Origin: SAR324 cluster bacterium
GTDB lineage: Bacteria > SAR324 > XYD2-FULL-50-16 > JAERRU01
DNA length: 64,000 nt
Direction: 5' to 3'
NCBI GenBank assembly: GCA_016735295.1
Contig: JAERRU010000018.1
Location: 19,774-83,773, forward strand
A model generated the notes under the pieces. It was not told the DNA's origin and made no database searches. It saw only the letters and a list, made by a program, of their open reading frames with translations. Both the position numbers and the translations under genes were made by a program. This document shows, piece by piece, positions 22,721 through 36,905 of this stretch; position 1 is the stretch's first letter; each line of letters opens with the position of its first letter.

Positions 22721-23729
22721 TTATTTTAAAGCTATTCAACCGATTATATATTTTAAATTAATTATCATTGTTGCCAGTATATTTTTAAGCAATAGTTGTT
22801 CTCAAGCCTCTTATTCTGATGAAGTTGGTTTCACTAAAATAGCCACAAAAAAACCTGTTAATAATATAAATCCTTCAGAGTGGGTGGTAATTAGTAAAAA
22901 AGACTATAAAGCTATTCAAAATAATGTCCATCGTTTAGAAAAATCTTTATCTAGCCTCAATAAGGACCATCTTAAGGTGACTGATAAACACCAAAAAGAG
23001 CTGTCTCAAAATGATAAAAAGATTGCCGATTTAAAAATATTAGTTGGAGCTTTACGAAGTAAAATCAACATCAATATAATACAAAATACTCCCAATAACA
23101 CTAATGACAGCCTATTTAGCACAAAACCTAAAGAAGTTGATTCCGCCAGTTTGGGGCGAATGGATAGTAAAAAAGGGCTGCTCCTGCCCTCATCATCTCA
23201 AAAAAACGTTGATGAGCCTATTGTAGATAGTAGCGGTGCTAATAGCAGCGACTCACAAAACGCTAAGAAAAGATTTGTAATAGATTATAATGATCCTGAT
23301 TTGATAAACCCTGCCGTTCCTTTAATTTTAGTGAATGCTGAAGGGGCTCAAATCGAATATACTAAAGCTTATGGGACATACTTAAAAAATGATTATCCTA
23401 GTGCGATCAGGATGTTTAGTAATTTTTTGGAGCGATTTTCTACCGATCAATATAGCCATAATGCCGAATATTGGCTTGGTATGTCTTATTTTAATCTTAA
23501 CAAGTTAGATTTTGCGGAAAAACATTTTCGTAATGTATTAAGAAAATTTACTCATCTTGATAGCCTAAAAGGATATAAAACACCAAATACTATCTATATG
23601 CTGGGCAACATATATGAAAGATTAGATGATATCCCTAAAAGCCGATATTACTATTGGAAAGTGGTAGAATTATTCCCTAAAACGGCTAGTGCAAGCAATG
23701 CCAGAGCGAAATTGACCAGTAATAATTAA
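22689..23729 (+). CDS. CpoB/YbgF-like coiled-coil + TPR envelope protein
   Basis: Signal/lipobox, coiled coil, C-terminal Y..A......DY.SAI..F..FL..F......NAEYWLG TPR region typical of YbgF. Confidence 0.7.
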   Translation: MKNFMILPEVNYFKAIQPIIYFKLIIIVASIFLSNSCSQASYSDEVGFTKIATKKPVNNINPSEWVVISKKDYKAIQNNVHRLEKSLSSLNKDHLKVTDKHQKELSQNDKKIADLKILVGALRSKININIIQNTPNNTNDSLFSTKPKEVDSASLGRMDSKKGLLLPSSSQKNVDEPIVDSSGANSSDSQNAKKRFVIDYNDPDLINPAVPLILVNAEGAQIEYTKAYGTYLKNDYPSAIRMFSNFLERFSTDQYSHNAEYWLGMSYFNLNKLDFAEKHFRNVLRKFTHLDSLKGYKTPNTIYMLGNIYERLDDIPKSRYYYWKVVELFPKTASASNARAKLTSNN

Positions 23730-23744
23730 TAATCATTAGATAGT

Positions 23745-25031
23745 ATGCCAGAGGGTTTTATAGTAGATTTATTAAGATTATGGCTAATTCCAAATTTAGG
23801 TATAAAAAGCCTTAATCAAATTATTAAATTAAGTAAATCTCCTGCAGAAATTTCTGATATATTTAAACTTTCTGCCTCCGATTTAAAAAATAAGTACCGT
23901 CTTACTCCAAAAATAGTGCACCTCATTACCAATAATAGTAGCCGCAAAATAATTGATCAAGAATTAGAATTATTGGAGCAACATCAAGTAAAATTAATTA
24001 GCGTACTTGATGAAAATTATCCTGCTCTATTAAAACACATTCACAACCCACCACCTATTTTATACTACAAAGGAAATATAGAATTTGATTATACGCACAG
24101 CGTTAGCGTGGTAGGCACTCGTATGGCTTCTTTTTATGGAGTTAATCATACTAGAAAAATAATTGATCGTCTTAAAGAACTTGATAGCGAACTTAATATA
24201 GTTTCAGGATTAGCTCGCGGAATAGATAGCGTAGCACATGAGCAGGCTTTAAAAAATAATTTAACTACCTACGCCGTTTTGGGTAATGGATTGTCTTTCA
24301 TTTATCCCAAACAAAATATCTTCCTAGCTGAGCAAATTTTGGAGCAAGACGGGGGTATTATATCAGAAGTTCCACTTACCTCTCCTCCTTTAACGAAAAA
24401 TTTTCCTCTAAGAAATCGTATCATCAGTGGGCTAACTCCAGCTTCAATGATTATGGAAGCTAGCACTAGAAGTGGTTCTTTAATCACCGCCCGTTACGCT
24501 TTAGAGCAAAATCGAGAGGTATTTGTGCTACCCGGTCCAGTTGGTCAAAAAAACTATGAGGGCTCTTTGCAGCTTATTAAACGAAATGTCGCTAACCTGC
24601 TTACCTCGGCTGATGACGTTATAGAATCTTTATCATTAAAATTTCACCGCCCTTTAGCCAATCATACTCAAATATCTAATCCAACCCACTCACCACGCCC
24701 CAAAATTGATGCACCACATTTTGACTCACCACCATCAGCAACAAAAAGTGTTACTAAGATAGTAGATAAACAACCTAAGATAATAACTAAAGTTATAACT
24801 AAGGTAATAACTAACACGGTAACTAAAGCGATAACTAAACTTGATAACGAGGGGCAGCTAAATGTATTTAATCAGCTACAAAAGGGAGAAGCTACTTTGG
24901 AGTCCTTATGTGATTGCATTAATTTGGAGAGCTCTGTTATTTTGGCTACCTTGACTGAATTAGAGATGAAAGGGTTATTAACTAGTAATCTTGATGGATT
25001 TTATATGATTAGCGATGAAATTATCTATTGA
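23745..25031 (+). CDS. dprA: DNA-processing protein DprA/Smf
   Basis: PPPILYYKG, VVGTR, VSGLARGIDS, FPLRNRIISGL, SGSLITARYALEQNREVF, C-terminal winged helix (LTELEMKG). Confidence 0.96.
   Translation: MPEGFIVDLLRLWLIPNLGIKSLNQIIKLSKSPAEISDIFKLSASDLKNKYRLTPKIVHLITNNSSRKIIDQELELLEQHQVKLISVLDENYPALLKHIHNPPPILYYKGNIEFDYTHSVSVVGTRMASFYGVNHTRKIIDRLKELDSELNIVSGLARGIDSVAHEQALKNNLTTYAVLGNGLSFIYPKQNIFLAEQILEQDGGIISEVPLTSPPLTKNFPLRNRIISGLTPASMIMEASTRSGSLITARYALEQNREVFVLPGPVGQKNYEGSLQLIKRNVANLLTSADDVIESLSLKFHRPLANHTQISNPTHSPRPKIDAPHFDSPPSATKSVTKIVDKQPKIITKVITKVITNTVTKAITKLDNEGQLNVFNQLQKGEATLESLCDCINLESSVILATLTELEMKGLLTSNLDGFYMISDEIIY
24783..24842 (+). repeat. Five imperfect 12-nt tandem repeats in the dprA linker (ITKV-ITKV-ITNT-VTKA-ITKL)
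   Basis: ataactaaagtt/ataactaaggta/ataactaacacg/gtaactaaagcg/ataactaaactt. Confidence 0.85.
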
Positions 25032-25040
25032 TAGAGATAA

Positions 25041-25847
25041 ATGAAAATTTTTGGCATTATCAATATAACCGATGATTCATTTTTTGCTCCTAGCCGCACA
25101 ACAAATCTTAAAAAAGCTACTAAATACGCACATAATTTAATTAAAGATGGGGCCTACTCTATAGATATTGGGGCTAGATCTAGCCATCCATCAGCTAAAA
25201 AAGTCTCATTTAAAGTTGAGCTGGATCGTATTTTATCATTATTAAAAATACTATCTGCTAGCAAAGCTAAAATATCGGTAGATAGCTATTCTACCAAGAT
25301 TCAAAGATTATTGCTTACTGAACATCGCGATTTAAAAATAGATTATCTAAATGATATAAACGGGTTTAACAATCCAGATATATATCCAGAAATTAAAGAG
25401 CATAATTGTGGGTTAATTGTGATGCATTCGGTGCAAAGCAAGGGGCCGGCTGACATTAGGGATGTATCATCTAAAAAGATATCTTTAAAAATTATCAAAT
25501 TTTTTGATAAAAGATTAAATGAATTAATCGCAGCAGGAATAAATGAGAATCGAATTATACTAGATCCCGGCATGGGTTTTTTTTTAGGAGACGATCCTTT
25601 TTGTTCGGTAAAGGCTATAAAATTAATAATGGAATTAAAAGAAATATTTTCCCTACCAGTGATGCTTTCAGTTTCTCGAAAATCTTTTTTAAGAAAATTA
25701 ACTAATTGCACGCTAGAAGAAAGCCTTGCCCCTACTTTAGCGGCGGAAATTTTTGCTTTTCATCATAAAGTAGATTTTTTAAGAACTCATGATGTAAAAT
25801 CTCTTGTAGCAGCAACTAAGATTTGGCAAATTTTGCAAACTGCTTAG
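25041..25847 (+). CDS. folP: Dihydropteroate synthase, Sul-like type
   Basis: IFGIINITDDSF, YLNDI.GF, VMHSVQ, ILDPGMGFFLG, SVSRKSFL, LAPTLAAE, LRTHDVKSL. Confidence 0.93.
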   Translation: MKIFGIINITDDSFFAPSRTTNLKKATKYAHNLIKDGAYSIDIGARSSHPSAKKVSFKVELDRILSLLKILSASKAKISVDSYSTKIQRLLLTEHRDLKIDYLNDINGFNNPDIYPEIKEHNCGLIVMHSVQSKGPADIRDVSSKKISLKIIKFFDKRLNELIAAGINENRIILDPGMGFFLGDDPFCSVKAIKLIMELKEIFSLPVMLSVSRKSFLRKLTNCTLEESLAPTLAAEIFAFHHKVDFLRTHDVKSLVAATKIWQILQTA

Positions 25848-26075
25848 GTTAATAAAAAAGTTTACGTGCTCTAATTAGATTTAAATTGAATTATAGTATT
25901 TTATGATGTAATTTAAGCATTAAAAATGCTTTGCCTATTGATTTACTTATAAGGCTCTTATATCATTATTGAGAGTTTTTTATTTAAAAGTAAATTTATT
26001 AAAATTTAAGAGCCTTGCTTTGATATTTTTGATAATTAAAAAGCAACTTCATGAAGTATAGAAGAGCCTAAACAT

Positions 26076-27716
26076 ATGATTAGTTCTTTAAAGAAAATAA
26101 TTACTTTTTTCAGGAATGATCAAAAAAATGATCAATCTATAGTTGATTTAGCAGAGAAGTACCGAATAACTAATTTACTCTTACATAAGCTAAATAATAT
26201 AGGAGTAGCTTTATCAATAGAAAAAAATATTAGTGTTTTATTAGAAAAAATACTTATCGCCGCTAAAGAAATGACCAGAGCGGAAGGGGGGACAATATAT
26301 ATGTACAAAAAAGAGGTTAACACATTAAAATTTGAAATAATGCTCAATGATGTGTTAAACACTCACTATGGCGGCACTGGAGAGAATACACCCCCTTTTC
26401 CTGAGCTAGCTATTTTGAATCGAGATGGGAAGGTAAATGAAAACATGATCGCCGCTTACTCTGCTGGCTATAAAACCAAAGTAAACATTAAAGACGCCTA
26501 TTCTGCTAAGGGTTTTGATTTTACTGGAACCAAGAATTTTGATAAAAAGATAGGCTACCGCTCACGCTCATTTTTAACTGTCCCCATGTTAGATGCAAAG
26601 CAGCAATTATTGGGAGTATTGCAGTTAATTAACCCGCGCCATCAAAATGGGAAACAACGAGTTTTTGATAGTTTTGATGAAGATATGGTAGAATCACTAA
26701 CTTCACAAGCTAGTGTAGCGTTAAGCAACAGAATATTACTTGATGAAACTAGAGAATTATTTGAATCTATCATCAAAATGATCAACTTAGCTCTGGATGA
26801 GAAGTCTCCTTATACCAACGAGCATTGTCAAAAGGTTCCTATTATTACTATGATGTTAGCACAAGCGGTTTGTGATCATAAAAAGGGTCCTTTACGAAAT
26901 TTTGATTTAACAGAAGATGGGAAAAATGAGTTAAGAATTGCAGCTTTACTCCACGATTGCGGTAAAATCGTAACCCCTGTGCATGTGATAGATAAAGCTA
27001 AGAAGCTAGAGCTTTTGGAGGATCGTTTTGATATTATTTCTACCAAAGCAGACGCTGTAGATAAAGATATAGAAATCGCTATTAGCCAATCAGATAGCAA
27101 AGCAAAGCACGAAGATTTGTTGGCTAAAAGAAAAGAATTACGTACTGATTTACAATTTTTAAAATCATGCAATATCGGCTCAGAATCGTTGAATAATGAT
27201 GATTTAGCTAGGTTAAAAGATATATCTAAAAAATGGTACTACACAGATTCCACAAATAAAAAACGATATTTAATTGATAAGAGAGAACTTAATTTTTTAA
27301 GTATATTTCGAGGCACTTTAACCCCTGAAGAGCGTGAAGTGGTTAATTATCATGTGGTGGCTAGTATCAAAATGTTAGAGAGCTTGCCTTGGCCAGAATA
27401 TTTAAAAAGAGTGCCTGAATATGCAGGTGGCCACCATGAAAGAATTGATGGTAAGGGTTATCCAAAGGGTCTTACTGGTGATCAAATGTCGGTGCCATCT
27501 AGGATTATGGCGATTGCTGATGTGTTTGAGGCGTTAACATCTTCCAATCGTCCTTATAAAGGGCCGGCTAAGCTAAGCGAAAGCCTTAAAATAATGGATG
27601 AATTTATTGCTAAGGGTCATTTAGATCCGGACTTATACGAAATATTTATGCAGCAAAAAGTTTATAAAAAATACGCGAAAGAATATATGAAGCCTGAACA
27701 AAATGATGTTCAATAA
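26076..27716 (+). CDS. GAF + HD-GYP cyclic dinucleotide phosphodiesterase
   Basis: GAF region (SRSFLTVPM...GVLQLIN), LHDCGK, HHERIDGKGYP, IMAIADVFEALT..RPYK. Confidence 0.92.
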   Translation: MISSLKKIITFFRNDQKNDQSIVDLAEKYRITNLLLHKLNNIGVALSIEKNISVLLEKILIAAKEMTRAEGGTIYMYKKEVNTLKFEIMLNDVLNTHYGGTGENTPPFPELAILNRDGKVNENMIAAYSAGYKTKVNIKDAYSAKGFDFTGTKNFDKKIGYRSRSFLTVPMLDAKQQLLGVLQLINPRHQNGKQRVFDSFDEDMVESLTSQASVALSNRILLDETRELFESIIKMINLALDEKSPYTNEHCQKVPIITMMLAQAVCDHKKGPLRNFDLTEDGKNELRIAALLHDCGKIVTPVHVIDKAKKLELLEDRFDIISTKADAVDKDIEIAISQSDSKAKHEDLLAKRKELRTDLQFLKSCNIGSESLNNDDLARLKDISKKWYYTDSTNKKRYLIDKRELNFLSIFRGTLTPEEREVVNYHVVASIKMLESLPWPEYLKRVPEYAGGHHERIDGKGYPKGLTGDQMSVPSRIMAIADVFEALTSSNRPYKGPAKLSESLKIMDEFIAKGHLDPDLYEIFMQQKVYKKYAKEYMKPEQNDVQ

Positions 27717-28004
27717 TAATTTTTTGTGAAGATTATCTTTATGTTCGGGTTAACTTAATCTTAATTTAGCTTGCATAGCTGGCGGGGCATACTAAAGCGA
27801 TAAATATTGACTCATTATGGTTAAAAAAAAATTGACCCTAAGAGAAAGATAGAGCAAACTACATTTTATGCTTTGGTAGATAACGCTATTTTTAAGTTAT
27901 CATCTTTGGAATATACATAGCACACAACAGATTACACACTTAACTACCGCATTTAGCGGCAGATGATTAACTATTATTATATTTATATAGGAGATAAAAC
28001 TAAA

Positions 28005-28523
28005 ATGAAGAAGATAGGACTTTTTTACGGATCCACAACTGGTAATACTGAAAATGCGGCTCAAAAAATGGCCGAACTTTTGGGTAAAGATAATGTAGAA
28101 TTATTTGATGTAGGTAGTGGAGCTACTATTGAAGATGTTAATAAATTTGATAACTTAGTTTTTGGCATTCCCACTTGGGATATAGGCGAATTGCAAGAAG
28201 ATTGGATTAGCTGGGTGGATAATTTAGATGATGCAAAAATGAATTTATCGGGTAAAACATTTGCTGTATTTGGAGTAGGCGATCAAGATGGTTACCCAGA
28301 CACCTTTGGGGACGCTATTGGTATTGTTTATGACAAAATAGTTGCTCGCGGTGGAGTGCCGGTAATTGATAAATGGCCGATAGATTCTTATACATTTGAT
28401 GAATCAAAAGGGGTTAAAGATGGTTATTTTGTAGGAATGATGATTGATGATGACGCGCAACCTGAGTTAACTAAAAAGCGTATTAATGACTGGGTTCACT
28501 TGGCTAAGGATAAATTTTCATAA
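28005..28523 (+). CDS. fldA: Long-chain flavodoxin
   Basis: MKKIGLFYGSTTGNTE, PTWDIGELQEDW, FGVGDQDGYPDTF. Start moved to ATG 28005, downstream of AGGAG. Confidence 0.93.
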   Translation: MKKIGLFYGSTTGNTENAAQKMAELLGKDNVELFDVGSGATIEDVNKFDNLVFGIPTWDIGELQEDWISWVDNLDDAKMNLSGKTFAVFGVGDQDGYPDTFGDAIGIVYDKIVARGGVPVIDKWPIDSYTFDESKGVKDGYFVGMMIDDDAQPELTKKRINDWVHLAKDKFS

Positions 28524-28536
28524 ATAAGGTAATAAT

Positions 28537-29466
28537 TTGATACATAAATCATCTGTTCTAATAATAGGCTCTGGCCCAGCAGGATATACATCGGCTATTT
28601 ATACTACTAGGCAAATGCTTAAAACCACTTTGATATCTGGGATACAGCCAGGGGGGCAACTTTCTATTACTACTGATGTAGAAAATTTTCCTGGTTTTAA
28701 AGAGGTGCAAGGACCAGATTTAATGGAAAAAATGAAAGAGCAAGCCTTATCTTGCGGAGCGGATATTAAAAGCGATCATATTCATAAAATAGATTTATCA
28801 TCCACTCCATTTAGGGCTTGGGGCGGTGGAGAAATTGAATATCAAGCTGATAGTGTGATTATTGCTAGTGGTGCTTCTGCTAAGTGGTTGGGGATAGATG
28901 CAGAAAAAAGATTTTTAGGATTTGGCGTTTCGGCTTGTGCTACTTGTGATGGTTTTTTCTTTAGCGATAAAGAGGTTATCGTAATAGGAGGGGCTAACAC
29001 CGCGGTGGAAGAAGCGATTTATTTAGCTAAATTATGTAAAAAAGTCACCATAGTTTATCGTGGAGTAGAACTTAGATCAGAACAGATTTTAAAAGATAGA
29101 TTAAGCTCACTTAAAAATGTGGAAGTTTTATATAGGAAGGTATTAGTAGATTTAAAAGGTGAGGATAACCCTAAAAGAATAAGTGCTGCTTTTATTAAAG
29201 ATTTAGATACTAATAACACAACTGAGCTAGCTTGTGAGGGATGTTTTGTGGCTATAGGCCACCGACCTAACACGGAAATATTTAAGAATCAACTTGATTT
29301 AGATGCAGCTGGTTATATTTTAGTTAAGCCTGAATTTAGCCCTTTCACATCAAAAAAAGGAGTTTTTGCTGCGGGTGATGTGCAAGACAAGGTTTATCGA
29401 CAAGCAGTTACTGCTGCTGGGTCTGGTTGCATGGCTGCGTTAGAGGCTATTCGTTATTTAGGTTAA
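28537..29466 (+). CDS. trxB: Thioredoxin reductase
   Basis: IGSGPAGYT, CATCDGFFF, FAAGDVQD..YRQAVTAAGSGC. Confidence 0.97.
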   Translation: MIHKSSVLIIGSGPAGYTSAIYTTRQMLKTTLISGIQPGGQLSITTDVENFPGFKEVQGPDLMEKMKEQALSCGADIKSDHIHKIDLSSTPFRAWGGGEIEYQADSVIIASGASAKWLGIDAEKRFLGFGVSACATCDGFFFSDKEVIVIGGANTAVEEAIYLAKLCKKVTIVYRGVELRSEQILKDRLSSLKNVEVLYRKVLVDLKGEDNPKRISAAFIKDLDTNNTTELACEGCFVAIGHRPNTEIFKNQLDLDAAGYILVKPEFSPFTSKKGVFAAGDVQDKVYRQAVTAAGSGCMAALEAIRYLG

Positions 29467-29530
29467 ATATTATAATAAGGGCGGTAATGAGGCTATGTTA
29501 AGTTTTATTAGACAATAATTAAGCGAATAA

Positions 29531-30097
29531 ATGAACATGAATTTTTTTAATATTAAGTTAAGGTCAGTGGGATTATTTATTGTACTCACCTTATTTATTT
29601 CGATTTGGCAAGCTAACATTAGTGAAGGACAAACAATTAAGGACCTTAAATTAGCTACTGTTAATATGCAAAAAGCACTTAATGAATCAATTGCAGGAAA
29701 GCAGTCCAAAGCTAAATTGGAGATGTCCGCCAAAAATCAATCAGCAGAATTTAAGGCGAGAGAGGCTAAAATGATAAAAATGAGAGATGATTTATCTAAT
29801 AATATGCTCAATGAAAGTGCTAAGAAAAAAAAGATTAGTGAGCTTGAATTATTACAAAATGAATATCTCAAAGACCGGCAGATATTTGAACAAGAGCTAA
29901 GAGGTGTGGAAAATCAATATACCACTAATGTTTTTGAGGAACTAAAGGCGGTCATTAATAAATTAGCGAAGAAGGATGAATATGATATGATAATCGAATA
30001 TTCTTTGTATAGTGCATTGCTATATAGCAATCTTAAGATAGATGACATCACAGATAAAGTGATTATGCTTTATGATGATGCTCATGCTAAAAAGTGA
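29531..30097 (+). CDS. skp: Periplasmic chaperone Skp/OmpH
   Basis: Signal peptide, KLATVNMQKALNES.AGK, coiled coil, DITDKVI. Lies upstream of fabZ-lpxA. Confidence 0.88.
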   Translation: MNMNFFNIKLRSVGLFIVLTLFISIWQANISEGQTIKDLKLATVNMQKALNESIAGKQSKAKLEMSAKNQSAEFKAREAKMIKMRDDLSNNMLNESAKKKKISELELLQNEYLKDRQIFEQELRGVENQYTTNVFEELKAVINKLAKKDEYDMIIEYSLYSALLYSNLKIDDITDKVIMLYDDAHAKK

Positions 30098-30124
30098 TAA
30101 TAACTAATAATTAAATCTAGATTT

Positions 30125-30616
30125 ATGATTGATCAAGATATGAAAAAAACTAATCCACTAAATATAGATATAGTTAAGCAAATTTTGCCTCATCGTTATC
30201 CTTTTTTGATGATTGATAAGGTGCTGGATCATGAATATCTTAAATATTGTATAGCGATCAAGAATGTCACTTATAACGAAGAATTTTTCTCTGGTCATTT
30301 TCCCGATTATCAACTTATGCCAGGGGTGATGCAGCTAGAGGCGATGGCTCAAGCTACTGGAATAGCTTCACTTTATAATAATGAAGTATCTGAAATAAAA
30401 AAACCTTCCTCTAATAGTAGGCCCTTATTATTAAAAATTAATGATACAAGATTTAGAAGAATGGTTGTGCCTGGTGATATATTGATTATAAAATCAGAAA
30501 TAATTAAATTTAAATTAAATTTTTGTATTTCTTGGAACACTGTTTCTGTTAGAGAGTTAGATGGCACAGAAAATTTAGCAAGTGAAGCTAAGATCACCTT
30601 AGGTCTTCAAAAATAG
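30125..30616 (+). CDS. fabZ: 3-hydroxyacyl-ACP dehydratase
   Basis: LPHRYPFLMIDKV, KNVTYNEEFFSGHFP, MPGVMQLEAMAQ. Confidence 0.95.
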   Translation: MIDQDMKKTNPLNIDIVKQILPHRYPFLMIDKVLDHEYLKYCIAIKNVTYNEEFFSGHFPDYQLMPGVMQLEAMAQATGIASLYNNEVSEIKKPSSNSRPLLLKINDTRFRRMVVPGDILIIKSEIIKFKLNFCISWNTVSVRELDGTENLASEAKITLGLQK

Positions 30617-30619
30617 GGA

Positions 30620-35717
<5,098 letters not shown>

Positions 35718-35996
35718 TAGTATTACCCTTAAATTTTAATTTTGCTAAAAATCGCCTTGTCTTATTGTTATATTATCTTATCTTTGCCTTGTTAGCCTAT
35801 AAATGCTAGCTAAATAATTATCGTTACTACAACCCATTTATCACCTCAGCGTATAAAGTGAAGCTACGTTTATTTAACTTACCTTATCATTTATTTTTTC
35901 ATGGTGCTAGACTAAGAGCTTAGTATCATTTTATAATGTTAATAATTAATTATAATTAATAACTAGCACCATAACCCTTAAACTAGCTAAATAATT

Positions 35997-36692
35997 ATGC
36001 TTTTTTTAATAATGCTCATTATTATATCCTTCGTGCTTTTGTTGCAACTGCCTAGCATATGGATTAAACGTGTTTATAAAGAATATAATTATTCAAGAGA
36101 TGATATTATAGGTAGTGGTGGCCAATTTGCCAAGCACCTCATTAATAAAAATTCTATGCATGAGGTGGAGGTGCTAGAACACCAAACTAGCAACTTTTAT
36201 GATCATAAAAAAAAGATAATATATTTATCTAAAGATATTTTCAATCAACACTCAGTAACCTCTATTACCATAGCCTCTCACGAATTTTCTCATGCTAAGC
36301 AAGCTCATGAAAAAAATCCTTTGTTTCTTATCAGAAATTTTTTTCAAATATTTTTGTTTTACGCTAGATTTGTGATGATCGTAATTTTTTTCGGGTCTTT
36401 AGTCGCAGGATTTCTTCTAGGTCAGCGCTGGCTGCTATCTATCTCAATTTTGTGTTACGTTCTGCCAGGCATTGCCGAATTGATGCTCTCTATCCTTAAC
36501 TTACCACTAGAATGGGACGCTAGCTTTAAACGAGCTCACCCGCTCATCATAAATTCTCGCTATTTACCTGATGATGATGATGGGAAAATTAAAAAAATAC
36601 TCTTCGCTGCTCTGTTAACCTATGTTGCTGCTGCCCTTTCTAATTTATTAAGCTTGGTCAGGACTTCTCCTTTTGCCAGAATTCGCCGATAA
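35997..36692 (+). CDS. Membrane zinc metallopeptidase (YugP-like neutral zinc metallopeptidase family)
   Basis: ASHEFSHAKQ (HExxH), LPLEWDASFKRA, LFAALLTYVAAAL. Confidence 0.88.
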   Translation: MLFLIMLIIISFVLLLQLPSIWIKRVYKEYNYSRDDIIGSGGQFAKHLINKNSMHEVEVLEHQTSNFYDHKKKIIYLSKDIFNQHSVTSITIASHEFSHAKQAHEKNPLFLIRNFFQIFLFYARFVMIVIFFGSLVAGFLLGQRWLLSISILCYVLPGIAELMLSILNLPLEWDASFKRAHPLIINSRYLPDDDDGKIKKILFAALLTYVAAALSNLLSLVRTSPFARIRR

Positions 36693-36905
36693 TTATATTT
36701 TTATTTTAACCCCTCTAAAAATTTATAATGAAATTTATAAATTCAAACCTAAAATCTATTAATAATCAGACCGATATATTATAAAATGTTACTATGTCGC
36801 TTTAAAAACTTTATTTGATATTTTATTAAAAATATTTTATATATATAAGTAATTAAAAATAAATTTACTAAATTAATCTTAAACTATTTATTAACCACTC
36901 ATAAA

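Noticed and set aside
24900..26075. Integron or transposon context for the Sul-like gene
   Set aside because: No integrase, attC, qacE, ISCR or transposase is visible. The gene is tightly linked to dprA with no compositional shift.
27963..28004. N-terminal extensions in the ORF track for flavodoxin (also ilvB 39896-39952 and 54492-54551)
   Set aside because: Downstream ATGs fit the family N-terminus or a signal peptide better. The extensions look like translated intergenic DNA.
35718..35830. CIRCE upstream of clpB
   Set aside because: Only scattered half-site-like words (TTTGCTAA, TTAGCC), without the 9-nt spaced inverted arrangement.
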